A DNA stretch of 64,000 nt from Mobula hypostoma (GCF_963921235.1 NC_086101.1:5644001-5708000), one strand, 5' to 3'; shown: positions 48,127-61,084, counted from the stretch's first letter. Translations and numbers: made by a program. The notes: generated by a model from the letters alone, not told the origin.

Positions 48127-51100
48127 CTTGTTCAAAAGGAGAGCTTTGCAGGCGATCGGTGTCATTCCGATGGCCTAGTCAGCAGTGGGAGTAACGCAGA
48201 GAGGAGGAAACAAATGTACAGAAGGGACAAGGGGAGTGGCCATTGTTGGGAGCGGGCCAGTGGTGGGGTGGCTCAATGAGGCTTCAGCTCATCAGAGGCG
48301 CTGACTCCGGTTAAGTTGTCCAGGTACGTTTCTGTAAAGCTTCCCTTTTTGCTTCCTGTGTCAGGGATACTGAGTGCAGTTTAAATGGCCATTGTGTGTT
48401 CTTCATGCCGGATGCTGGAGTCCTGGGAGACCCAGAGTCTCCAGGGAACCACATCTGCGTGAAGGGCATCCAGCTGCAGCTCCTTGAAGACCGTGTTAGA
48501 GATCTGGAGCAGCAGCTGGATGACCTTTGAGAGAGTGAGGAGATCATCGATCGGAGTTACAGGGAAGTAGTCACCCCTAAGTTGCAGGAGACGGGCAGCT
48601 GGGTGACTGTCAGGAGAAGGAATGGGAAGGTGAATACTTTATACTTAATTGTCGTCAAACAATTGGTACTAGAACGTACAATCATCACAGCGATATTTGA
48701 TTCTGCGCTTCACACTCCCTGGATTACAAATATTAAATATTAATATATATTAAAATAGTTGAAATTAGTAAATATTAAAAATTTAAATTATAAATCATAA
48801 ACTGAAAATAGAAAAATGGGAAGTAAGGTAGTGCAAAAGAACCGAGAGGCAGGTCCAGATATTTGGAGGGTACGGCCCAGATCCAGGTCAGGATCCGTTC
48901 AGCAGTCTTATCACAGTTGGAAAGAAGCTGTTCCCAAATCTGGCCATACGAGTCTTCAAGCTCCTGAACCTTCTCCCTGAGGGAAGAGGGACAAAAAGTC
49001 TGTTGGCTAGGTGGGTCGTGTCCTTGATTATCCTGGCCGCACTGCTCCGACAGCGTGCAGTGTAAAGTGAGTCCACGGACGGAAGATCGGTTTGTGTGAT
49101 GTGCTGCGCCATGTTCACGATCTTCTGCAGCTTCTTTCGGTCTTGGACAGGACAACTTCCATACCAGGTTGTGATGCACCTTAGAAGAATGCTTTCTATG
49201 GTGCATCTATAAAAATTAGTGAGGGTTTTAGTGGACAGGCCAAATTTCTTTAGTTTTCTCAGGAAGTAAATGTGCTGGTGGGCCTTCTTGGCAGTGAACT
49301 CTGCTTGGTTGGATCAAGTCAGGTTATCTGTGATATTGACCCCGAGGAACTTAAAGCTTTTGACCTGTTCCACTTGCGCACCACCAATGTAAATTGGGTC
49401 GTGCGGTCCGCTGCTCCTTCTGAAGTCAACAACCAATTCCTTCGCCTTGCTGACGTTGAAGGATAGATTATTGTCTTCGCACCATGCCACCAGGTTCTTA
49501 ATTTCCTCTCTGTACTCAAACTCATCATTACCGGAGATACGGCCTACAATTGTTGTGTCATCAGAAAACTTATATATTGAGATTGATGGAAACTTGGCTA
49601 CACAATCATGTGTGTACAGTGAGTACAGCAGGGGGCTGAGTACACTGCCTTATGGGGCACCGGTGCTCAGAGTGATTGTAGAGGAGAGCTTGTCCCCTAT
49701 TTTTACAGCCTGGGTCCTGTCTGTGAGGAAGTTGAAGATCCAGCGGCAGATCTGAGTGCTAAGGCCCAGGTTCCGGAGTTTAGGAATCAGTTTATTTGGA
49801 ATGATGGTATTAAAGGCAGCGCTATAGTCAATTGAAAGGAGCCTTACGTATGCGTCTTTATTCTCCAGGTGTTCTAAGGAGGAATGTAGGGCCACAGAGA
49901 TGGCATCTGCTGTTGACCTGTTGCTCCGCTAGGCGAATTGCAAAGCGTCGTGGTTGACTGTTAGGCTGTGGTTGATGTGTGCCATAACCAATCTCTCGAA
50001 GCACTTCATAGCAATTGATGTCAGAGCCGCACGTCAATAGTCATTCAGGCATGCCACTTTGCTCTTCTTTGGCACTGGGATTATTGTTGCCTTCAAAAAC
50101 ACGAGGGGATCTTAGACTGAAGCAAGGAGCAGTTGAAGATGTCAGCAAACGCTCCAGCTAGCTCGCTTGCACAGGCCCGGAGAACCCGTCCTGGGACGCC
50201 ATCTGAGTCCCTCGCCTTCCTTGGATTTATCTTCAGGGAGGCCCTTCTATCGTCCTCCTCGGTGACAATGAATCTCGATGCCACCAGGTCTAGTTCATCC
50301 GGAGGGAGCGGGATGCTCCTCTTCTGTTCAAATCTTATGTAGAATACGTAAGTTCGTCAAGAAGAGAAGTGTCACAGTTATTGATATTCCAAGCCTTTTC
50401 TTTGCACCCAGTGATCTCATTTAGACCCTGCCATAGTCTACTGGCATCCCTTTGGCTAGCCTGGGCTTCCAACTTGGCTCGATATTGCCTCTTGGCGCCC
50501 TTCATGCCTTTCCAGAGTTCACGCCTGGATTCCGTGTAGCGACTGGTATCCCCGGACCTAAAAACCGCAGCTGTAGCCTTTAAAAGGGACTTGACCTCAT
50601 AATTCATCCAAGGTTTCCGGTTAGGGAATACCCGGATTGTCTTGTGAGACCCACAGTCCTCTGTGCATTTCCAAATAAAGTCCAAGACAGCTGAGGCATA
50701 CTCATCGAGGTTAGCTGCTGAGTCCTTGAATACTAACCAGTCCACCGATTCAAAGTAGTCACGGAGGACCTCATGCGTTTCCTCCGTCCAACGCGACACT
50801 ATTTTTGACACCGTGACCTCCCGCTTCAGTTTCTGTTTGTAAGCTGGGGGGAGGAGTACGGCCTGATGGTCCGATTTTCCGAAGTGAGGTCGTGAGACGG
50901 AACAGTCGGCATCCTTGACTGCTGTGCAGCAGTGGTCAAGTATATTTGGGCCTCTAGTGGGGCAGGAGACATGCTGGCATAACTTTGGCAGCGCCTTTCT
51001 TAGGTTGGCCTAGTTAAAGTCCCTGGCTGTAATGAGCAAAGCCTCCGGACACCTGGTATCAAGTTCACTGATATTGGCATACAGCATGTTCAGAGAACAC

Positions 51101-54100
51101 TCCACGTCTGCCTGGGGGGGAATGTAGACCGCTGTCAGTATGACCGATGTGAATTCCCGTGGCAGATAGTAGGGACGACACTTCACCGACAGGTGTTCCG
51201 GGTCCGGGCTGCAGGAGCTTGTCAGTGCCACTGTGTCCGAGCACCACCCAGTTTTGATCAGTAGGCAGATATCACCTCCCCTCATCTTGCCCAAAGACGC
51301 TGTGCGGTCCATCCGATGGATTGAAAATCCCTCCGGTCGGATGGCACAGTCGGGGGTGGCAGGGGAGAGCCAGGTCTCGGTGAAACAGAATACACAGCAG
51401 TTCTGCATCTCCCTTCAGTAGGTGAGTTTCCCTTTAAGATCATCCATCTTGTTCTCTATGGCTTGCACATTAGCCAGTATGCTGGTGGGCAGCGGGACCG
51501 TGAAGCCCCTCAGCTTCAATCTGACCAGCAGCCCAGCTCAGTAAGTAGTGCATCTTTCCAGATCTCCATCGAAGCAGTGTGTTGTTGTCAGCTCTTTGAG
51601 GAAGGTGGACGCGTCCCGCGGGCACCGATCGGCGGGTCGCGTCGTCAGACACTCCGGGTCGGGCCGAGTAACGGGGAGGCTCCGCTGCCACTTCCAGCTG
51701 CCGGGGGCCCGGGCAGTCGATGGGGTCGGGCCCCGAAGCCGATACTTAATCCCGGATGGCCGGGCTGCTTGCTGAAACAAGTCCGTAAGCCGAGTCACAG
51801 TTGCGGAAGCCTCCGCTCCAGTCGAGCCTCGGGCTCGATTTCCGAGGTCGGCGGCGGAGGTCTCACTTCCGGCGGCTGTGGATGGCCACCAACGGGGGCT
51901 TTACGGTGGTCGCTCCGGGGAAGCGTCTGGGGCACCTTGAGGTCTCCGCCGCCACTTCTGTGTGGTCGTCTGCTCCGGAGAGGTGCTGGTCGGAATGGGC
52001 CGTGTCTCCAAGCGCTCCGGCACGGTCGCAGGCCGCGGGTCTCCGGGAACGTGGTGGGCCTCGCTGGCCGGGTCCGGGAGTTTAAGAAGCAGTTGTGGCG
52101 CGGTGGTCTCCAGCTGGGTCAGTAGCTTCGCCAGGGGGTTGTTGATCTTTATCTTGCTAGAAGGGTGTCTCGGGTGTAGGATAGTGGAGAGGGCAGTTTG
52201 CTCGGGAGAGCCCGCGCAAAGTCGCCAGTTACCGGCGCCATCTTTTAACAGAATAGGCAGTTAGCACAGAGCATCTCTGTGACCATTTCACTCAATAATA
52301 AGTGTACCGCTTTGGATACTGTTGTGGGGAATGAACTCCCAGGGGAATGCCAAGGAGACCGGGCTACTGACACTGAGCATGAGTCCGTGGTTCAGAAGGG
52401 AAAGAGGGAGAAGAGGGGTGCGGTCATGACAAGGGACTCAATAATCAGAGGAAACGAATGGAGAATGTGGACATGAATGGGACGCCCTGATGGTATGCTG
52501 CTTCAGGTGCCGGGGTCAGGGACATCTTGATTCACGTCCACAGCATTTTAGAAGGGGAGAGGGAGCAGCCAGATGTCTTGGTACATATTGGTACCAATGA
52601 GATAGGAAGGAAAAGCAAAGAGGTCCTGAAAAGAGAATTTAGAGAGCTAGGCAGAAAGCTGAGAAGCAGGATCTCCAGGGTAGTAATTTTTGGATTGCTG
52701 TCTGTGCCATGCACCAGTGTGGGTAGAAACGGGACGATTTGTCAGATAAATGCTTGGCTGAGAAGCTGGTGCAAGGAGCAGGGCTTCAGGTTCTTGGATC
52801 ATTGGGACCTCTTCTGGGGGAGCTATGAGCTGTACAAAAGGGACAGGTTGAACTTGAACCTGAGGGGGAACAATATATTTCTGGGCAGGTTTGTTAGAGC
52901 TGTTGAGGAGGGTTTAAACTAATTTGGCAGAAGGATGGGAACCAGAGTGAAGGGACTCAGGATAGGACGGATGGTGAAAAAACAAAGATAATGTGCAGTC
53001 AGCCTGTCAGGAAGGACAGGCAGTTGATAGGACACAAATGCAGCCAGCAGGGTGAATATCAGTGCATTACGGATACAGAATCAAAAAGGGTATCTTCAAG
53101 AAACATTGGACTCTGACATGGTTCCAGAGGACTGAAAAATTGCAAATATCACTCCACTTCACTCTTTAAGAAAGGAGGAAGGCAGCAGAAAGGAAATTAT
53201 AGACCAGTTAGCCTGACCTCAGTGGTTGGGAGGATGTTGGAATCAATTGTTAAAGATGAGGTGATGGAGTATTTGGTGACACAGGACAAGATAGAACAAA
53301 GTCAGTATGGTTTCTTTAAGGGAAATTCTTGCCTGATGAACCTGTCAGAATTCTTTGAGGAGATTACATGTAGGATAGATAAAGGGGATGCAGTGGATGT
53401 TGTATATTTGATTTTCAGAAGGCCTTTAACAAGGTGCCACACATGAGGCTGCTTACCAAGTTAGGAGCCCATGGTATTACAGGAAAGTTATTAGCATGGC
53501 TAGAGCATTAGCTGATTGGTGGGAGGCAACAAGGGGAATTAAAAGATTCTTGTGTGGTTGCCAACTAGTGACTAGTGTTGTTCCACAGGGGTCAGTGTTG
53601 GGATGGCTTCTTTTTATGCTGTATATCATAACTTGGATGATGGAATAGGTGGCTTTGTTACCAAGTTTGCAGATGATACAAAACTTGCAGAAGGACAGGT
53701 AGTGTTTTGGAAACAGGAAGGGTGCAGAAGGACTTGAATTAGAAGAATGTGCAAGGAAGTGATAAATGGAATACAATGTTGGAAAATGAATGGTCATGCA
53801 CTTTGGTCGAAAAAATGTGCAGACTATTTTCTTGATGGGGAGAAAATCGAAAAAACTGAGATGCAAAAGGACTTGAGAGTCCTTGTGCAGACCACCCTAA
53901 AGGTTAACTTGCAGGTTGAGTCGATGGTGAGGAAGGCAAATGCAATGTTAGCATTCATTTCAAGAGATCTAGAATACAAGAGCAAGGGTGTGATGCTGAG
54001 GCTTTATATGACACTGGTGAGGCCTCACCTTGAGTATTGTGAACACTTTTGGTTTTCTGATCTGAGAAAAGATGTGCTGGCATTGGAGAGGGTCCAGAGA

Positions 54101-54571
54101 AGGTTCACAAGGATGATTCCGGGAATGAATCATATGAGGAACTTTGGATGGCTCTGGGACTGTACTCGCTGGAATTTAGAAGGATGCAGGAGGAATTTCA
54201 TTGAAACCTTTTGAATGTTGAAAGGTCCAGACAGAGTAGACGTGGACAGAATCTTTCCCATGGTGAGGGAGTTTAGGAGAAAAGGGTGCAGCATCAGGAT
54301 AGAGGGGCGACCATTTAAAACAGAAATGCAGACAAATCTCTTTCGTCAGAGGGTGGTGGATTTGTGGGATTTATTACCACATGCAGCTGTGGACCTCAGG
54401 TCGTTGGGTGTATTTAAGGCAGGGATTGATACGTTCTTGATTGGCCATGGCATCAAAGGTTACAGGGACAAGGCCGGGGAGTGGGGATGAGGTGGGGGAA
54501 AGCCATGATTGAATGGTGGAGCAGACTCGATGGCCCAAATGGCCTAGTTCTGCTCCTGTGTCTTATGGTCT
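48127..54571 (+). mobile_element. CR1 LINE with 5' UTR, ORF1 (zinc finger + SGNH esterase-like) and ORF2 lacking the endonuclease region
   Basis: IQLQLLEDRVRDLE; VLVHIGTNE, INAWLRSWC, FLDHWDLFW; jump at ~53090 to the RT region (NYRPVSLTS); tcttatggtc tail. Confidence 0.85.
48637..52250 (-). mobile_element. Apparently full-length Rex1/Babar LINE (endonuclease + RT), frameshifted
   Basis: FCFTETWL, DRT...[48 protein letters not shown]; CpG-rich 5' UTR starting AAGATGGCG; 5-bp TSD GAATA at 48632-48636 and 52251-52255. Confidence 0.9.
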
Positions 54572-54593
54572 TGATAGATGTATACAAAATTAT

Positions 54594-54982
54594 TTGTTCG
54601 TTCATTCTGTGCCATATCATATCAATAGAATAGTCTTTCTATGACCAGGATTGTCCTTGGCAAATTTTTCTACAGAAGTGGTTTGCCATCGCCTTCCTCT
54701 GGGCAGTGTCATTACGAGACAGGTGACCCCAGCCATTACCAATGCTGTTCAGAGATTGTCTGCCTGGCGTCAGTGGTCACATAACCAGGGCTTGTGATAT
54801 GCACCGGCTGCTCGTACGACCATCCACCAGCTGATCCCATGGCTTCACATGACCCTGATTGCTGGTGTGTCGGTTGGCTAAACAGGTACTACACCTTGCC
54901 TAAGGGTGACTTGCAGGCTAGTGAAAGGTAGGAGAGCCTTACACCTCCTTTGGTAGAGACTTATCTACCTCCCCCCGCCACC
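54594..54982 (-). mobile_element. RTE-related non-autonomous retroposon, second copy
   Basis: Reverse-complement paralog of 34205-34580; tail gaatgaacgaacaa. Confidence 0.7.
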
Positions 54983-55825
54983 AGTGTAGGGTATAGATGG
55001 GTTAAATGCAAGCAGGCATTTTCCACTGAGGTTGGGTGAGTCTTGAACCAGAGGTCATAGGTTCAAGGTGAAAAGTGGACTATTTAAGGGAACTTCTTCA
55101 CTCAGAGGGTGGATCGAGTGTTGGAACAAGCTGCCAGAGAAAATTCTGGATGCAGGGTCCATTGAATCATTTAAGAGAAGTTTGGATAAGTGCATGAATG
55201 GGAGTGGTATGGAGTGCTATGGTGTAGATGTGGGTAGACGGAACTAGGGAGAATAACATTTTGTCATGGACTAGATGGGCCAAAGAGTCTGCATGTTGTG
55301 CAGCTGTATGACTCGATGTCCCCCATTGTCAGGATTTTGCTCTGTCACAGGAAAGCAGCATCCATCAGCAAGGAGCCCCGGCATTCAGGCCATGGTCTTT
55401 TCCTTGCTGCTGCCATCATGCAGGAGGTTCAGGAGGAAGGGAATACTTCACTCACCCCTACACCGAACTGCTCCCACAACACGCAGAGTCACGTTCCAGG
55501 CTCATGTTCTCAATATTTATTGTTTATTTATTTATCTGTCTGTCTATTTATTTATCTATGTATCAATTTTCTATTAATATGTATTTATCTATGTTTGTGT
55601 ACTTGCACATTGGTCGTTTGCCTGTCTTGTAGTGTACAGTCTTTCATTGCTTCTATGGTGTTTATTTGTATTTACTGTGAATGCCCAGAAGGAAATAAAT
55701 CTCAGGGTTGTATATGGTGACATATATGTACTTTGATAAGAAATGAACTTTGAACTTTGGGATTGGTCGGTTGTGGCCAGTTTAAAATTGGCAGGTTTTT
55801 AATTTTGGGCTTACTATCTAGTTCA

Positions 55826-56490
55826 CAGATCAGATTATGAGAACACTCAGTCCTCGTTTATTGTCATTTAGAAATGCATGCATGCATTAAGAAATGATAC
55901 AATGTTCCTCCAGAGTGATATCACAAATAAAACAGGACAAACCAAAGACTAACACTGACAAGACCACATAATTTTAACATATAGTTACAGCAGTGCAAGG
56001 CAATATCAGAATTTGATGAAGAGCAGACCATGGGAACAGTAAAAAAAAGTCTCAAAGTTCCGATCGACTCCCGATAGTGCCTGGTAGCAGGCGGCAGAAG
56101 GGAGAAACTCTCTCTGCCATAAACCTCCAGGCACCGACAACTGTTGATGCATTGGAAGCACGCGACCACAGCTGACTCTGAGTCCGTCCGAAAACTTTGA
56201 GCCTCCGGCCAGCCCTTTGACACCGAGCACCGAACACCATCTCTGCCGAACGCTTCGACCCCCATCCCGGCCGCCGAGCAACAAGCAAAGCCGAGGATTC
56301 GGGGCCTTCCCCTCTGGAGATTCCGGATCACACAGTAACAGTGGCAGCGAAAAAGGCATTTCAGAATCTTCTCCAAATTTTCCTCTGTTCTCTCATGTCT
56401 GTCTTCATCAAATCAGGATTGTGCACGGCACCCTACTTGACAGATTACAGATATCATTCATTGGAATGGCCGCGCAAGTTGTGTCGCACC
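55826..56490 (-). mobile_element. Non-autonomous retroposon, paralog of 42882-43533
   Basis: Shared agattatgagaacactcagtcctc..ttattgtcatttagaaatgca end and body. Confidence 0.65.
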
Positions 56491-58425
56491 TCTCTGTGAA
56501 GAAAGCGGTGTGTTGTGACAATGTCAGGATTTTCTTTTTTTTTAAGAGAAACGAAACCTTTCACAGAGCCAACCGTTGAAGGGTGCCATCAGTACAGATG
56601 CCAACACAGTTTCTCCAAGGCAGTCCTTTTGTTTCCAGATATGAAGACAAAACATTAAATATATTTTGCTCTTTGCATGTTTCAGACAACTCTTTGCAAC
56701 AGATAAAATATTCTTGTATTTCACCATCATTTACAAATCTGACAAATGCTACAACATGACATTAGTTGGTGAAATCTGTTGACTCATCAACGTGGATAGA
56801 GATGCTGTTGTTTTTCAGTTTATCACACAAAACCTCCAGCATCATGTGACTTGTCATCAATACGTCGGCTTATCGTACTGTGTGAGAGTGGAACTTTTCA
56901 ATTTCTCAAGCTGCATCTTGCCCTTGCATTTTACTCATTATAATTTCACATGCTGGCATTATTAGGTTCTCACCAGCTGTGTGCATTTTCTGTCTCTGGG
57001 TAATAAGTTCTGCAACTAAATAAATCATTTCCTGGATAATTTTACTGGCTGTGACCTTACAGCAAAAGCTTTACTCCGTTTTGAGCTTCCAATAGCTGTT
57101 AAAAATAATCAGCACTTTTACGTGTCATACAGCTGTGATTTGTAGTTAAGTGTTTTTTCATTTTTGCTGGAGCCATTGCTACATTTGTAAGTTGTTTGCC
57201 ACACACGAGGTACAATGGAATAGGATAATTTGGATCACCAGTCCATGTAAAACCCATTGATAAGCAGTTTCCATTGTAAAGACTGACTTTTTGTGTCCGT
57301 TGTTGCACTAGAGTGTACCATCCTCCCCTCTGTGTAATACAGTGTTCACCAATTATCACCCTACCATCCTCCCCTCTGTGTAATACAGTGTTCACCAATT
57401 ATCACCCTACCATCCTCCCCTCTGTGTAATACAGTGTTCACCAATTATCACCTCACCGTCCTCCCCTCTGTGTAATAGTGTTCACCAATTACCACCCTAC
57501 CATCCTCCCCTCTGTGTAATACAGTGTTCACCAGTTATCACCCTACCACCCTCCCCTCTGTGTATACAGTGTTCACCAATTATCACCCACTGTCCTCCCC
57601 TCTGTGTAATAGTGTTCACCAATTATCACCCCACTGTCCTCCCCTCTGTGTAATAGTGTTCACCAATTATCACCCTACCAACCTCCCCTCTGTGTAATAG
57701 TGTTCACCAATTACCACCCTACCATCCTCCCCTCTGTGTAATACAGTGTTCACCAATTATCACCCTACCAACCTCCCCTCTGTGTAATACAGTGTTCACC
57801 AATTATCACCTCACCGTCCTCCCCTCTGTGTAATAGTGTTCACCAATTACCACCCTACCATCCTCCCCTCTGTGTAATACAGTGTTCACCAATTATCACC
57901 CTACCAACCTCCCCTCTGTGTAATAGTGTTCACCAATTATCACCCTACCAACCTCCCCTCTGTGTAATACAGTGTTCGCCAATTACCACCCTACCATCCT
58001 CCCCTCTGTGTAATACAGCGCTCACCAATTACCACCCTACCACCCTTTCCTCTGTGCAACACAGCACTCACCAACGATCACCCGACTGTCCTTCCATCCA
58101 TGCAATACAGCGCTAACCAATTATCACCCTACCGTCCTCCCCTTTGTGCAAAACAACACTCACTGAATATTCTATCTTGCGTCAAAAACTGAGAATGGAC
58201 TCAACCAAATAAACACGGCCCTACTGCGCACTGCCATACCGGGCTGAGAGACCCGTAACGAGATTGCTAACGAGGCTGCTCCGTCACTGTCCGCCACTGA
58301 GAACGCTAACATCGCGAAGTTCAAAAAACAATGTTTATTTCTTTTACCCATAATCTCTCACGGAATCCCTAGCGAACTCTCACAGAACCCAAGGGCTCGG
58401 TGCAATAGCGGCTGAGAAACCCCAG
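56490..58425 (-). mobile_element. hAT DNA transposon relic, Buster/Charlie (ZBED5/ZBED8-like) transposase
   Basis: BED-finger LVCGKQLTN..MAPAKMKKHLTTNH, GENLIMPAC, PLSHSTISRRI, HVDESTD, CTDGTP, THRFLHRE; possible terminal inverted repeat ctggggtttctcagc at ~58411-58425. Confidence 0.85.
57316..58165. repeat. Minisatellite, 44-46-bp unit, ~18 copies
   Basis: TACCATCCTCCCCTCTGTGTAAT(AC)AGTGTTCACCAATTATCACCC; decays toward the right end. Confidence 0.95.
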
Positions 58426-58580
58426 TCAGGATGTTGATAGTGATGAGTCTATCAGGATGCCCGAATCCTTCTCATACATTGCACTTCCTTACTCAAGACG
58501 ACCCATTGTATATTCACAGCTAATATTTCTACTTCCTATATGTAATATTTTACATTTACTTACATTAAATTTCATCTGCC

Positions 58581-61056
58581 ATAAAGCGGATGAGCTTAGA
58601 GCGTGGATCAGTATTTGGAGATATGATGCGGTGGCCATTACGGAGACTTGGATGGCTCAGGGACAGGAATGGTTACTTCAAGTGCCGGGTTTTGGATGTT
58701 TCAGAAAGGATAGGGAGGGAGGCAAAAGTGGTGAGGGTCACGGCACTGTTGATCGGAGATAATGTCACGGCTGCAGAAAAGGTGGACGCCATGGATGGAT
58801 TGTCTACGGAGTCTCTGTGGGTGGAGGTTAGGAACAAGAAGGGGTCAATAACTTTACTGGGTGTTTCTGAAAGGCCACCCAATAGTAACAGGGATATCGA
58901 GGGGCAGATAGGGAAACAGATCCTGGAAAATTGTAACAGAGTTGCCGTGATGGGAGATTTTAATTTCCCAAATATCGATTGGCATCTCCCAAGAGCAAAG
59001 GGTTTAGATGGGGTGGAGTTTGTTAGGTGTGTTCAGGAAGGTTTCTTGACACAATATGCAGATACGCCTACAAGAGGAGAGACTGCACTTGATTTGGTAT
59101 TGGGAAATGAACCTGGTCAGGTGTCAGATCTCTCAGTGGGATACATTTTGGAGATAGTGATCATAATTCTATCTCCTTTACAATTGCATTGGAGAGGGAT
59201 AGGAACAGACAAATTAGAAAAGCGTTTAATTGGATTAAAGGGAATTATGAGGCTATCAGGCAGGAAATTGGAAGCTTTAACTGGAAACATGTTCTCAGGG
59301 AAATGTACGGAAGAAATGTGCTAAATGTTCAGGGGATGTTTGTGTGGAGTTCTGCACGGGTATGTTCCAGTGAGACAGGGAATTTATGGTAGGATACAGG
59401 AACCGTGGTGCACGAAGGCTGTAATAAATCCAGTTGAGCATGCAGATATTAAGAAAGAGGATGTGCAGGAGCTTTGGAAAGCATCAAGTTGGATAAGTCT
59501 CTGAGACCAGATGAGATGTACCCCAAGCTACTGTGGAAGGCGAGGGAGGAGATTGCTGAGCCTCTGGCGATAATCTTTGTATAATCAATGGGGAGGGGAG
59601 AGGTTCCGGAGGATCGGAGGGTTGTGGATGTTGTTCCTTTATTTAAGAAAGGGAGTAGAGATAGCCCAGGAAATTATAGACCAGTGAGTCTTACCTCAGT
59701 GGTTGGTAAGTTGATGGAGAAGATCCTGAGAGGCAGGATTTATGACCATTTGGAGAGATATAATATGATTAGGAATAGTCAGCATGGCTTTGTCAAGGGC
59801 AGGTCGTGCCTTATGGGCCCGATTGAATTTTTTGAGGATGTGACTAAACACATTGATGAAGGAAGAGCAGTTGATGTAGTATATACGGATTTCAGCAAGG
59901 CATTTGATGTGGTACCCCATGCAAGGCTTATTGAGAAAGTAAGGAGGCATGGGATCCAAGGGGCCATTGCTTTGTGGATCCAGAACTGGCTTGCCCACAG
60001 AAGGCAAAGAGTGGTTCTAGATGTGTCATATTCTGCATGGAGGTAGTTCACCAGTGGGGTGCCTCAGCGATCTGTTCTGCGACCTCTACTCTTCGTAACG
60101 TTTAGGAATGAAGTGGATGAGGAAGTGGAGGGATGGGTTGGTAAGTTCACTGATGACACAAAGGTTGGAGGTGTTGTGGATATTGTGGAGGGCTGTCAGA
60201 GGTTACAGTGGGACATTGACAGGATGCAAAACTGGGCTAAGAAGTGGCAGATGGAGTTCATCCGGATAAGTGTGAAGTGGTTCATTCTGGTAGGTGAAAT
60301 ATGATGGCAGAATATAGTATTAATGGTAAGACTCTTGGCAGTGTGGAGGATCAGAGGGATCTTGGGGTCCGAGTCCATAGGACACTCAAAGCAGCTGCGC
60401 AAGTTGACTCTGTGGTTAAGAAGGCGTACGGTGTATTGGCCTTCATCAATCGTGGAATTAAATTTAGGAGCCGAGGGGTAATGTTGCAGTTATATAGGAC
60501 CCTGGTCAGACCCCACTTGGAATACTGTGCTCAGTTCTGTTCGCCTCACTACAGGAAGAATGTGGAAGCCATAGAAAGGGTGCAGAGGAGATTTATAAGG
60601 ACGTTGCCTGGAATGGGGAGCATGCCTTATGAGAATAGGTCGAGTGAACTTGGCCGTTTCTCCTTGGAGCGACAGAGGATGAGAGGTAACCTGATAGGGG
60701 TGTATAAGATGATGAGAGGCATTGATCGTGTGGATAGTCAGAGGCTTTTTCCCAGGACTGAAATGGTTGCCACAAGAGGACACAGGTTTAAGGTGCTGGG
60801 GAGTAGGTACAGAGGTGACATCAGGGGTAAGTTTTTTTACTCAGAAAATGGTGATTGCGTGGAATGGACTGCCGGCAATGGTGGTGGAGGCGGATACGAT
60901 ATAGTCTTTTAAGAGACTTTTGGATAGGTACATGGAACTTAGAAAACTAGAGGGCTATCAGTAAGCCTAGTAATTTCTAAGGTAGGGACATGATCGGCAC
61001 AGCTTTGTGGGCCGAAGGGCCTGTATTGTGCTGTAGGTTTTCTATGTTTCTATGTC
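58581..61056 (+). mobile_element. CR1 LINE ORF2 (endonuclease + RT) with internal deletion at ~59431
   Basis: AITETW, GDFNFPNIDW, YRPVSLTS, YTDFSKAFD, KFTDD, RPHLEYC; (TTTCTATG)n tail. Confidence 0.9.
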
Positions 61057-61084
61057 TCTATCTGCCCACATCTGGTTTTTGTTT

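Larger units (their letters stand above)
47962..55313 (+). mobile_element. Old CR1 3' end split into 47962-48126, 54572-54593 and 54988-55313 by nested insertions
   Basis: Pieces join as ..gtaggagaatgagg / ttgatagatgtatacaaaattat / agggtatagatgggttaaatgcaagc.. (CR1 C-terminus). Confidence 0.7.

Noticed and set aside
51463..52264. GC-rich ORFs up to 220 aa
   Set aside because: They lie antisense within the Rex 5' UTR; stop depletion is explained by high GC.
56490..57300. Domesticated ZBED/Buster host gene
   Set aside because: Contains stops and frameshifts and is truncated by a retroposon; a transposon relic.
57316..58165. Possible CRISPR-like array
   Set aside because: Units are contiguous with no unique spacers, the context is eukaryotic, and there are no cas genes; same for 27964-28467.
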